A stretch of DNA of 63,972 nucleotides, the filler included, from Reticulomyxa filosa (lineage: Eukaryota > Protista > Foraminifera), in the NCBI GenBank assembly GCA_000512085.1. It is 14 parts of 14 records of this genome, joined end to end, with 100 filler letters (N's around TTAATTAATTAA, not from the genome) between each part and the next. Parts side by side here need not be neighbours in the genome. Positions count along the whole stretch, not along the records: positions 19,881 to 28,637 come from ASPP01011020.1; positions 28,738 to 30,792 come from ASPP01024736.1; positions 30,893 to 37,325 come from ASPP01000110.1; positions 37,426 to 39,590 come from ASPP01009587.1; 10 more parts are not named here. One strand, given 5' to 3'. The notes below the pieces were generated by a model. That model did no database searches. It saw only the letters and a program-made list of their open reading frames with translations, and had not been told where the DNA came from. Both the position numbers and the translations under genes were made by a program. Shown here in pieces: positions 26,301-38,180 of the stretch; position 1 is the first letter of the stretch, and each line of letters starts with the position of its first letter.

Positions 26301-28560
26301 ATTCAAATAGCGCCTTGAATCGGAAAGGATCGAATTTCGTAGCGTCTTGCGTTTCGCTAAAGTACTTGTGATACTTGGCTCTCAAGTCGCCTTTGAACGC
26401 AAAGGCGAGTAAAATCTGCTCCAGGGCATTCAATTGGATGAATATAGCGACGTCTAAATAGGGTCGGAGATGGGCCAAGTCTCCTAAGAACCAATAGTCC
26501 AGCAATGTCTTGTTGACCTTGCTCTCGATCAAAGGTAGGACGAATGTGTCAAAGAAGGGACGATCTTTGCAATAAATGAAAAAGTTGAATTCGTGACTGA
26601 AGAACTTGTTGAATTTCTGCAACTTGTCCGCGTCCGTTAATTTATTCCATTGATGTAAGAAGGACCACTCCAGTAATTGATCGTTCTTTGTCAACGATCG
26701 ATACAATGAAAACACATGTTCAAGCGACTCAAACACTTCGGCTTGCGACGTCTTGAAATCCTCCACAACGACTTTGTCATTGGTCGCGTTTTTAACTAGT
26801 TCAATTTGTCGCTGTTCGACAAAGTGTTTCTGCGGATTCAATCCTGGATGCATGCGAACATCACGGTATTTCGCCTTATGCGGAGACGACTGGTTTGCAT
26901 TGTCCACAATCACGTTGGGATGTTTCAACACATGTGTGTACACGCTAAAGTACTTTTCATTGACAGCAACGGCGGTCAACACGTGATGATGTTCATTCAA
27001 GTCTTTTTGTTTAATCGTCACATAATACTGTCCTGTGCTTTCATCGCGTTGACATGGCAAATTGAACCAGGTCGTGGCCGGATTATTTCCTAAAAATTCC
27101 AACACTGGCCAATTGCCATTCGAATGCAGATAAGGAGCGCCACAAGTGATAAGTGTTCCTTTGTTCACTTGTCGGCGTTGTTTGTAATGCTTGTGTTCAA
27201 TTTTTTCGCCCTTTTTTGCGTCTTGCGTTTCCGTCTTAGTCGCCTTGTCACTGAAAGGACGTATAAGCAAGGATGGCTTTTGCAGATTGTTGCCAATGTA
27301 TTTATGCGCATTCGCACGTTCCAACACATATCTGTACTCTTCGCTAATCTCACGTTCTTTGCAATACAACGTAGGCGCTGTATTATATTCACCACTGTCG
27401 CACTCTAATAACCTGCTGCCTATCAATTCATTGTAAATGGGATACAACGGCATCAAATGTGTCGATATCAAATGGACACGAGTCCAGGGCGTGACTCCTC
27501 CCAAATGCACTCGCACCTCGTCCTTCTGCTCTTCCACACTTCGGATTTGCAGCGTTTCGCTCGGCGTCAACTCATAAATCATCGGGCCTTCCAAGCACAC
27601 TTGGCGATGGTTTTGCATTTGAATCACCACACTTTCCGGAACTTTCTTGCACACGTGAATGGAAACAACGCATCGATTGTAATCACATCGCAGCACATAG
27701 TTTCCGTTTTCAAGTTGCAAATTGTGACATACCCACTGTCGTACGACACTTTGTCGCTGTAGTCATTCGCGTTATATTTGTCGAATAGTAAGTACTTGGT
27801 CATGCAATCACTGTCGCGTGCGTCGCGGATATGATACGGGATATGCAACTTTTCATCCTCCAATATGTGTATGTTTTTATGGAATAGGGTTTGTGTCCAC
27901 ATGTCAGTGTGCCATCTCAATGTGCGATTCGTCGAACCCAGAGTGATTTGCACTTCGGTAATTCTACTCATATTCTTCAGGTCAATAAGTCCGCGCTCGT
28001 CAGTTACGCAGTCGAGCGAGACGTTGTTGGACAACAAGTCGTGTTTTAACTGCAATGTGCACTTGACTTTTTGCAACGGCTCGCCATTTTTGCCGCAAAC
28101 CATGATTTGATAATGATGGTCTTTTTTATCCACGGCCAAGGGAATGAAATGAGCACAGGCGATTTCAAAAGATTGGTCCATTTGATTGAGTTCATATGTC
28201 CTCGATTTGGATACGTTTTCTAAGGTGCCATTGGTTTTCCGAATTTGCGTGCGGAAGATTAATTCAATACGTTTGCACTCGCTGGGCATGACAAATTTGA
28301 CGATGCAATCTCTGGCATCGCTTATTTCCAAATTGTTAAACGAGCGATTGATCTTGAAATTGTCTCCAGCCGAAGTATGCATAGATACGTCCAAAGAGGA
28401 ATTGGTCAACAAGTGTTCGCTCCTGCAAAAGTACAAATACAAACCGCCACCATATATGTATATGCATATATAAATTTTTAATTACAACAAACCTGATCTT
28501 CGTTGATTTTCTTCAATAAATCACTTGGAAGGCCTTCATGCATTTTGTCAGGATTCTTTT
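23361..28560 (-). CDS. Giant uncharacterised protein (>1500 aa in the window), 5' truncated, with three apparent single-base frameshifts
   Basis: Consecutive overlapping ORFs 27624-28442, 26227-27720, 25748-26257, 24854-25684 and 23361-24992 form one protein. It ends YVKVYARVNGSPKFHKDGYTDRRGVFDYVSVS. The segment GKNGEPLQKVKCTLQLKH...VTDERGLIDL resembles a macroglobulin-type beta domain. Confidence 0.75.
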
Positions 28561-30216
28561 TTTTTTTTTTTTGATCACTTTAACATGTGGAAGAAAAAAA
28601 AAAAAAAAAACGTATAATTATTTTAGTTGTTTTGTTANNNNNNNNNNNNNNNNNNNNNNNNNNNNNNNNNNNNNNNNNNNNTTAATTAATTAANNNNNNN
28701 NNNNNNNNNNNNNNNNNNNNNNNNNNNNNNNNNNNNNGGTGTGAATAGGTAGATATTCCAAAGACTGAAAATAACTTGAAATCATAATCTAAAAACGATT
28801 TTTCTTGAGTTTGGGAGTTGAGGTCGCTTAATTGCTCGTACGAGCGTGTTCTTTGATTGTACATTGTTTGCGTTATGTTTTGCGCTTTTTTCGTAGGTCC
28901 CTGGTACCATGAAAACTGCCACGAAAAACTAAATTTTTTGTATTAGTTTTTGATCTCAAAATAACAGTAGAAAATTATTCCTTGTAAGTATGTAGTGATA
29001 AATAGACATTATTTTATGTGATAAAACAACTATATATTTTTTTAACATGACAAACAAACTTTAAAAGTTAAATGATGCACAAGTTATTAATTATTTTATT
29101 GTATCCTTTTAGAAATATTGCTTACAAGCGAAATGAAATAACTTTAAAAACAAGGTTCGATTGTTTTATGAATGCAAAAAGAAAAAACAATATACTTGGG
29201 CAAGACCCCAGTGTTTGAAGGAGGATCCATTTGTCAACAATATTTTTTTTTATTGTTGTTTGGAAAGAAAAAAAGAGCCTACTTTCACAAAAACAAGCAC
29301 AAAAAAGCACACCATCGATTCACATTGTTACCAAAACAAATCAAAAACAGAACAAAAACTAAAATAAGTAAGATAACCAAGTCAAAAGCAAGACGCATTT
29401 GCATTCCGAATTGCAAATAAGCAAAATGGAAAGTCAAACAAAACAAAAACGGAAGCACGGGCGTGCAACGAAACTCAAGAACACAACAAAAAAAAACTAA
29501 CCAAATCACAAGGATGGATTGGGAAAAAATCATGCACACAAAAAAATTTATGCAAAAGTCTTTCCCACAAACAGCGTATGTCCATTATTACTATTATTTT
29601 TATTTTAAAAATTTTTTCTTTAAATCCTGATCAATTTTTTTTCTTTTCTTTTTTTTCCCACTCCCTTTTATGTCCCTCCTCCAGCAAAAGAAAAAAAGAC
29701 AACAACAAAAAATTAAAACAAGAATAAACAACGCACAAGCAAAAAAAATAATAATAATGAACCAAACAGTGACATGGTATATTGTGTATTAAAGCACAAT
29801 CATAAATTTTTTTTTAAAGAAACTACATTAATATATAATATTAAAAAAATATATTATTTCTTGATTAAAATGATTGACAAATTTGAAAAAATTTACATTT
29901 TAACGTTGCTGCGCAGAAAACACAAATACCAAATTTGAAAAGAAAAAAAATAAAAATTTTAAAAATCAATAAGTAAAATTCTAATATTATAGAAAATAAT
30001 TAAAATTTTGTGATCGACAAAAAATTGCAGAAAAAAATGAAATGCATTTTGAAACAATTGAATATTATCACATATTTTTTAAAAAATTTAGAAAAAATGT
30101 TTATTTTTGACTTAGAAAATAAACATAAATTTCAATATAGTAGTTAGCATAAAAAAAATATTTAAGATGGTAATTTAATCTGTACAATATACCCTATCCC
30201 TATGCCCTGATTAATG

Positions 30217-30461
30217 ACTAGTTACAGTTTAAGACTTAACACTGAACCTCCCACCCAACAATTACATATAGTAATACATAGATGTCGCCATACTATGTGT
30301 CTAATGTATTCATCTTAAACTGAGGTTATATCATTGACCATCATACTCAATGTATAACAGTAGTGCCGTCATCTCATCGTCAGTTTATATTGCAACTATA
30401 TCAAATCCTAGGCAATTTGAATAGAAGCCAAACACTCTGTACACTTATGCACTACCCTAGT
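30217..30461. ncRNA. Candidate structured RNA with a four-way junction, unidentified
   Basis: Nested, abutting complementary helices: 30217-21/30457-61, 30225-34/30313-22, 30325-37/30347-58 and 30360-66/30449-55, plus an inner hairpin 30263-30308. The stretch lacks the poly-A/T runs of its flanks and has no ORF. Confidence 0.45.
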
Positions 30462-30910
30462 TGATAAATATATTATATATAATGTTATATATGTACATAT
30501 ACTCCAAAATTTTGTTCATGCATTAAACTTTTTTAAAAAAAAATCAATAATTTTCTTCCAAAATTTTGAATTTAATCATTTAATCATAGATTTTTTTAAA
30601 TTTCAATTATCTTTAATTGCTATGTATATTCTTCGACTAACACAAGCTCGTGGACAAGAATATAAACAAATGCACATGAATCTGTGGCCACTGAAAGAGA
30701 CGACGAACAAAAGAATACAATTGTTTATCTCAAAACTGGCTGACAGAAATCTTTATGAAAAAAACGTTCATGTCCAAATCAAAAAAAAAAAANNNNNNNN
30801 NNNNNNNNNNNNNNNNNNNNNNNNNNNNNNNNNNNNTTAATTAATTAANNNNNNNNNNNNNNNNNNNNNNNNNNNNNNNNNNNNNNNNNNNNAAAAAAAA
30901 AACCAATAAC

Positions 30911-33209
30911 TTAAAAAGAAGGACAAGTAGAGCGGCCGTAAATATTAGAGGAATGAAGATAAGAGGCATTATAAAGGGAGGAAGACGAAGAAGGCAAAGC
31001 GAAAGCACAAGAATAAGAGAGATAGTTTGGAATGGGTGTGCGAGTAACAGAAAGGACATCGGAATGAGTAAATGAAGACGCAGCAGCAACGCCATCAACA
31101 ACAAAGTTATCAAAAAATTGGAAATCGGTGAGATTATCAAACACGTGAAGACCAAAGGCATTGCCATAGGAAGACACAATGTTGTGAACATGAATATCTC
31201 CAAAGAGGACATGTTTAGAATTAATTACACTAATGGCACGAGTGGCAGCGCCTTCATAATGATTTGTGGGAATAGTGGTTTGTGAAGAATAAATAATATG
31301 TGATTGATCACTTTCATCATTGCAAGTGTAATGGCCCATTTCACTCCAATTGTTTAAATATTTGATCGAAACATTGTCCACAAACACGCCATCGACATTG
31401 TCAATACGAAGACCAACAACCCCCTTTGTCGCATGAAACATTACATCGCCATTGCAAATGAGTTTTGAAGAGGCTGTCATTCATCCATATATCACCACAT
31501 ACGTATAAAAAAAGAAAAAGAAAAAAAGGAAAGAATAACATAACTAGGTAATGATGTTCCCTGAGTGACCCATTGAATGAGATCAGAAGAAACAGAGGTT
31601 CCTGCTTTTCCTTTTTCACTGTCGGCATCGCCAAACATGCTCAATGCAATTTGGGCGTCGCTGAGCACATGTCCGCGATAGGTGAGATTTCTCCACGGAA
31701 AATGGCTACTGTACTCGCTGTTCAAAGATTCTCGCCCGACGTCAAAGACAGCAAACATGTTAAAGACATCTCCATAGGGCCCGGTGTTGACAAGCTTGTC
31801 GCTACTTTTGAACGCGCCAAACTCGTGCGTTTTGATATTGAGATCGTGGATTGTAACATTTTCGATTGTCGCTTTTTGCGACCTGCTTTTTGCAGCTCCA
31901 AACCAATTGATTGCAGCTCCTTTCGAATTCAGCACAATTCCATAAATGGCCGATCCATCTGGAAGACCAGGTTGATTCACAAATAAAAGGCAATGCATTT
32001 TTAAACAATTGATGATACGTATCAATTTGATCGTCGTCATTGCGAATGGGATTGTCCTTGTCAGCAATTGCAATGTTTCCAGAAAACAGTTTTTCACATA
32101 CAGCATCCATGGTCAGTTCCAAGTCATCGACGATATCTTCGACACTTTTTGTTTCTTGACGATTGGCAAAATGAACAAGTTGATCTCCATGGCTGTCTCT
32201 CAAATAACGAAAATTGAGCAATCCGAATCGTGCGTTGCTCCAATACGCAGTGACAGGGACATTGACTGCCGATGGACCAATTTCCACATTACGAATGATT
32301 ACATTCGAAAAATGATTCATTTGGATTCCACCAACTTCAAATTCATAAATGTGCAATTCTGACAAGGTCACATTCGTTGCACCGTTGCTATGAATGCCAT
32401 GATGACTACTCCATCCAAGATGTCCATTATGTATCCATATTTTGATACTCCCGATTGAGGACTGAGAAAAGGACCAAAGTGTGCAGGTCCTTGACCCTGA
32501 ATAAATGGAGCACTTCCAATTTCAATGTTTGCGTAAAATCGTTGTTGCACTCGAAATTCCACTGACATTTCAATTTCTTTTCCATTTAAATCAATTTCCA
32601 CCTTTTTTTTTTTTTTTACATACATACATTACGTGGTGCAATGTTGTCATAACTTGCAAAAAAAAAAAAAATTTTTAATAAAAAAATACATCATTTGCTT
32701 CGATTGTAATTGCCGCAAAAAATCCCAATCGAAATGCCCCGGGTACATAATCAGCCCCGTTTTTTTTTTTTATTTGGATGTAATGTATGCAGCTAGATTG
32801 ACTCGTTTTTTTTTTTTTGCACACCTGGATACAAATCGGCCTCACTTTCCAATGGATAATATGCTCCTTCTTCATTTGGGTGATCGACGTTTCTTAATGG
32901 GTTAAATGAAATGTCTTCACATAACTGGTATTTCCCTGACTTTGTTATTCGAACTGTTCCTGTATCAAAATGCTTCTGTTTCAGATAAACTATTCCAGAG
33001 TCCTCATTCACGACTTCACATGCGCTCAATTCAATGAGCACTAAAAAAAAAAACACATTTTTCAAAATTGCAAAATTTAAAAAGGACGAATTGTGTGCAC
33101 CTAAAAAAACAACTTTTTTTTTCATTCAGCCTTTCTTTTGCTGCATTCCCACGTAACTTAAGACTGCGAATACTACAGACCATTTTACATAGTCGAGAAA
33201 TTTGACCAT
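30911..33209 (-). CDS. Secreted protein with probable right-handed beta-helix (pectin-lyase-like) repeats; multi-exon
   Basis: Hydrophobic signal-like start (MVKFLDYVKWSVVFAVL..LIELSAC). Motifs GTVRITKSGKYQLCEDISFNP, FFAAITIEANDV.IDLNG, GRSSHHGIHSN, and repeats such as NVIIRNVEI, ATIENVTIHDL and GVFVDNVSI. One homopolymer frameshift near 31985. Confidence 0.65.
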
Positions 33210-35166
33210 TGGAAAGTAATTTCTGCGTTGTCGTTTAAACAAACAAAAAAAAACTTAGCGAACTGAGGACCTAAAACTCAAAAACACAACTTCTGATGTC
33301 ATAATCAAAATCATTTTTTAAATTATGCTTTTGCCGTGAGTTGCAATGATTTTTTTTTCATTTAATTTATTTTTGACATTGTTTCACAATCAATAAGTTT
33401 GTGGAAAACAAAACATGAAAATTTCTGGTGTTTATAAGTCCATATGATGTATTCTTTGACACGCATTTTTCAGCAAGATAAATATACAGTATGAATTCAA
33501 TAGCTGCATATCACTGTATAAATATGTTTTTTCAAACAATATTGTAACATTATCAACAAATCAAAAGGTGTTTCTTGTTTGCATTCTAAAAAAAATTTGC
33601 CACATTTGAATGGTTAACACAATATCTCAATATACCTTGAGTCAGTACAAATTTATACAAGATGTTTTTAATTTTCATTATTTCATAAATATGTTATTTA
33701 TACTCAAATAAATTTAAACTTAATTTATCGTGTTATGTAATTTACACATACTGCATTTTCTAAGTCATCATACATATTTTAAACGATGCTCATTTGCTGT
33801 GACAGTTTCAGCTGCACTTGCTAAGCAATCGTATGTGATATAGTACTTTACAAAGTTAATGTAGAGAAACTGTTGATTATATTAATACAAAACAAAAAAG
33901 AATTGCTTGAGAATAGAAAATTCATAACGTATAAAGATGAATCAAGTAAAGAAATTTTTGGACAATAATGTAAATTTTCTATTTCAAAATATTCAATACA
34001 TGCTCGTATGGCTGTATAAACGTCTTGCAACATCCAAACAAGACGTCTTGTGTGTGCAATCGTTTTTCGGATTCGTGCTTATTGTGATCCTGATATGATC
34101 AGTTTGTTTATATCAGTATTGTTTCTAGTTTGTATGTTTGTCCGTAGCAATTTTGTTAATTATGTTAATTGTTCATTCAAAAACAAAACTGGAATATTTG
34201 TTTAAAAAGTTATTTATATTTAAAAATGTTGTAAATAAATTTTTTTGGAGTAAAAAAAATTATTAGCCAACTAAAGTGTTACTCGAGTTGTAAAATCGCA
34301 GTTTGTTCGGAGATTGTAGAGAGATGCAAGAAAGAGAGCTCAGCTAAATTAAACGTATAAGAAAATTGAGAATAAAGAGAATGAGTGTTTGATGAGTTGA
34401 GTTGTTACAACTCTGGAGTCAGTTATGGCTCATGTATCACTACAAGATATTCAAGTTTTTTTAATGGTATTTATAAAAAGATGAAACATCAAACAAAAAA
34501 TGTTCAGTTTTTTACGCGATTTTTAGTATAATAAAAAAAGTAGGCAGTAACACAAGGTACTGTCAACAATTTTTTTACATCAATTGTTTGTGATAAGAGA
34601 TAATATTGATGTCTTTACAATTTTCCATCTTTTTACACAATATTTTTTATAATCATTCTAATTTCAATAATAAAAAGGAATGTTAGAAAACTAAACTATT
34701 TCCGATCGTTTTTGTACCTTCCAGCATTTGTCTACTATTTTTTTATGCGATGAGACGATTAAATGATTATTTGAAATCAATGAACTTGCAAAAATAATTA
34801 AAAATATGCTCTTGATCTTTCTGATCTTTTTTACAATTGTGAAAAGTGATTTGTTTTTTTTGCTAGAGTTCACAAATTGGTTGAAAAAAGTTGTTTCTAT
34901 AGTGAAATTTTGCTCGTAAGATCTACTGCAGCAATGTCCATTTTTTAAGAATTTTGATTATGCTAGTGCCAGACGATACTTTCAATAGTATTTGATATTC
35001 AAATATATATTGTGTATAACTACCATTCACTCCGTTTCAAAGTGGAAAAACTTGCTTTTATAAACTAAAGAAAATATTGAATATTAACTTTTTTTTTTAC
35101 ACCAAAGTAGTAAAGCGCAACCACAAAAATTTTTTTTTGCCTTGAGCCTTGTTCTCCTGGTGTGAG

Positions 35167-37325
35167 ATGGCGGAGTTTGAAATTAGAAGCGAAAATAATG
35201 GCTGGTATCAGGTTCGGTTTGTGTTTTTCATTTGTAGTGGCTAGAATATGAGTTTAAAAATGTGTGATAATCAATGTGACCGGTCGACTTGCGAAACAGG
35301 GCTATGTTCACGATTTTAGCCCGAAAGAAAAAAGATTTTACGTCACTTATCCAAATGAGTTTAGATTGATCACAGAGCGCATTTTTCTTTTATTTCCTCT
35401 CTTTCTTCAGTCCATCCCATAGGGCTATACAAGACAAACATCGAGAGCAAACATGATCAAAAAAAAGCAATTACCCAAGCCCTCTTCCCCAACCTTTGTT
35501 TTGTGTGGTTGTTATTATTGCATTGTAAACTTTAAACAACACAAAAAAAAAAAAAAAAGTTGGAAATCTCCTGAATGGAAATCAGGAGAAGATGTTCGGC
35601 CAATCCCAGCCCCATTACAAGCTAATTGGAAACCCCTAATAAACAAAACAATTGAAGTTTTGTTTTTGTCTCTCTTTCATCATCCAACAAAATAAATAAA
35701 ATAAAACAAAATAAAATAAGTGCCAAAGAAAAGCAGTTCCAAAAGATTCACAAAAAGGATGGTTTGTATGCAAAGTAGATAATGTGGTTTCGGAAGTTAT
35801 TCACACCAAAATAAATTTCTTATTTTTTTTTTTTTTTTTTTTGCAAAATACCCCCTTTTTTTTTTTTTAAATAGAAAATAACTTATTTCTTTTAAGGTCT
35901 TTTTGTTTGCATTAATTGTTTTAAGCCAAAAAAAAACAAAAACGAATAGGACACGTATCACGTGTTAGTAAGCGACGCAAAAGGTGGACACAAGAAGTTG
36001 TATCCAGGGCTGCATTGCGTCCGAAAAACCCAAGGTGCAATACACTGTGTTGAAATGACTTGGATTTGCACACTTGAATGAGTCCAAAGGGAGAGGGGGC
36101 AGGAACAGGGGAAAGAGGTGTCAATTGTGTGATGGAGGTGTAAATATCATATACATATGAAGAAAAAAAAAAAAAAAAAAGTATATAAAAATAATCATTA
36201 TTATTATTATTATTATTATTGTGTGTATGTAATGCATTTGATATAATGCTCGATAGGAAACCCTTGACTGAAGAAACAACAGAGCGTAAGATCATAGCAA
36301 TAGACAAGGATCTGGTGGCGTGGGTGACATCAGAACCACCAGAACTTGCCGATATCCGAAAAAAGCAATCTCGTATGTGTGTAATGTATCCTTTTTTTTT
36401 TTATTAAATAACCAATCCCTTTTTTTTTTCCTGTTCAAAGAGAGAGAGAGAATGCAATACAAGGAAATAAACAAATCCAATACAGGTGTAGTTCTACATG
36501 TGGACCCCAAAAAGAAACAAATTGTGATCGTGGGCGAACGTGATGTCTTGAGCAAAGTCCAAGGCTTAATTGATTTGTATTTTCTAAAGCATCGTGACGA
36601 AACCAAACAAGATCAAGCCAAGCCGAGCCAACGAACCCAAACCCAAACCCAAACCCAAACTCCAAACGAAAAAGATCAAGTTTACCATTTAGATACCTTC
36701 AGCTTTAATTGCTACATTTTTTATTTTTTTTTGTTTGTTTTGAGATTAACAAAATAAAGAAATAGTAAAAATGCGCTTTTTCGTGTGTGTAAAAAAAAAA
36801 AAAAATAAATAAATAAATAAAAAAAAAAAGAAAAAGAAAAAAAAGAAAAAGGAAACAGAAGAAGGCAAAGTCGAATTGGAAACAGAGTCAATTCGGTTTC
36901 ATCCATTGCTCACAGGATACATATATGGAAAGCAAAAGGAACACGTGGAAGATGTTCGCAAGAGATTTAACGTGGAAGTGAACGTAAAAGATGGAGTATG
37001 TGAAATAAGTGGGAAAACGCGAGAAGCGGTCAATGCAGCAGTGGAACAACTGTATGTAGTTGCGAAAAAGATAGCATTGAGCAGACCGCAAGTAAAACAT
37101 ATCATTGGAACCAAGGGTGAAGGAATCAAAGCACTGCGACAGCGTTTGCCTAATGTGCGTATTATAACCTTGAAATCATTTCCGGAAACTTTTCAAGCTA
37201 TGAAAGAACAAGCCATTGAAAACATTCGTCGACAACGAAAAAAAGAGGGAGCCACTAGTTATTCTTATTTATTTCTTTATTTACTTTGTTTTTTTTTGAA
37301 TGAATTAAATAACAATAAAATAATT
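35167..37325 (+). CDS. FMR1/FXR-like RNA-binding protein (tandem Agenet, KH0, KH1, KH2), 3' truncated
   Basis: Spliced product: MAEFEIRSENNGWYQ|GYVHDF..FYVTYPNDWKSPEWKSGEDVRPIPAP..TIE|CQRKA..GWFVCKV..|DTYHVLVSDAKRWTQEVVSRAALRPKNPR|KPLTEETTERKIIAIDKDL..VDPKKKQIVIVGE..VQGLIDLYF..LTGYIYGKQKE..CEISGKTREAVNAAVEQL..VKHIIGTKGEGIKAL. It is colinear with the FMRP N-terminal half as I recall it. One extra A is needed at 35979-82. Confidence 0.85.
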
Positions 37326-37429
37326 NNNNNNNNNNNNNNNNNNNNNNNNNNNNNNNNNNNNNNNNNNNNTTAATTAATTAANNNNNNNNNNNNNNNNNNN
37401 NNNNNNNNNNNNNNNNNNNNNNNNNTCGG

Positions 37430-37508
37430 CTTGGGTAGAAGACAGGCGTTGCATGCGTGCGGCTCCGGGGGCCGCGGCCCACCCCAAGGTTGGCCGCAGC
37501 GGGGACAG
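37430..37508 (-). terminator. GC-rich hairpin downstream of hisG (terminator- or REP-like)
   Basis: Minus-strand GCGGCC..GGCCGC stem shortly after the hisG stop codon. No clear U-tract follows the stem. Confidence 0.3.
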
Positions 37509-38150
37509 TTACGGCTGGACGGCGCCAGCGAAGGCATCCAGCACCGGCTGGATGGTGTCGTACTTGAGTTTCAGCGCCGCCTGGTTCACCACCAGACGCG
37601 AGCTGATATCGATGATGTGCTCGACGGCCACCAGGTTGTTGGCCTTCAGCGTGCCACCGGTGGATACCAGATCGACGATGGCGTCGGCCAGGCCCACCAG
37701 CGGCGCCAGCTCCATCGAGCCGTACAGCTTGATGATGTCCACGTGCACGCCCTTGGCGGCAAAGTGCTCGCGCGCGATCTGCGGGTATTTGGTGGCCACC
37801 TTCAGGCGAGCGCCGTGTTTGACGGCAGCGTCGTAATCGAAACCGTTTTCCACCGCCACCATCATCTTGCACTTGGCAATGTTCAGGTCCAGCGGCTGGT
37901 ATAGGCCGGCACCGCCGTGCTCGATCAGCACGTCACGGCCGGCAATACCCAGGTCGGCGGCGCCGTACTGCACGTAGGTGGGTACGTCGGAGGCGCGCAC
38001 GATCACCAGCCGCACGTCGGGGCGGTTGGTGCCGATGATGAGTTTGCGGGAAGATTCCGGCGCTTCGGCCGGCACGATGCCGGCGGCAGCCAGCAACGGC
38101 AAGGTTTCTTCAAAAATGCGGCCCTTGGACAGGGCAATGGTCAGGGTCAT
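37509..38150 (-). CDS. hisG: ATP phosphoribosyltransferase, short form (bacterial)
   Basis: [37 protein letters not shown] and [30 protein letters not shown]. At 213 aa it lacks the C-terminal regulatory domain. Confidence 0.97.
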   Translation of the reverse strand: MTLTIALSKGRIFEETLPLLAAAGIVPAEAPESSRKLIIGTNRPDVRLVIVRASDVPTYVQYGAADLGIAGRDVLIEHGGAGLYQPLDLNIAKCKMMVAVENGFDYDAAVKHGARLKVATKYPQIAREHFAAKGVHVDIIKLYGSMELAPLVGLADAIVDLVSTGGTLKANNLVAVEHIIDISSRLVVNQAALKLKYDTIQPVLDAFAGAVQP

Positions 38151-38180
38151 GGTGGCGTGCTGCGTTGCAATAGGTTGGCC

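Noticed and set aside
23361-28442. Programmed ribosomal frameshifting in the giant gene
   Set aside because: There is no shared slippery heptamer or stimulatory structure, all breaks are at short homopolymers, and the same pattern occurs in the bacterial contig.
28738-28911. Short minus-strand coding start at the contig edge
   Set aside because: Too short, and no recognisable motif.
30370-30390. Hammerhead ribozyme (CTGACGA on the minus strand)
   Set aside because: No GAAA follows a stem II, so the core is incomplete.
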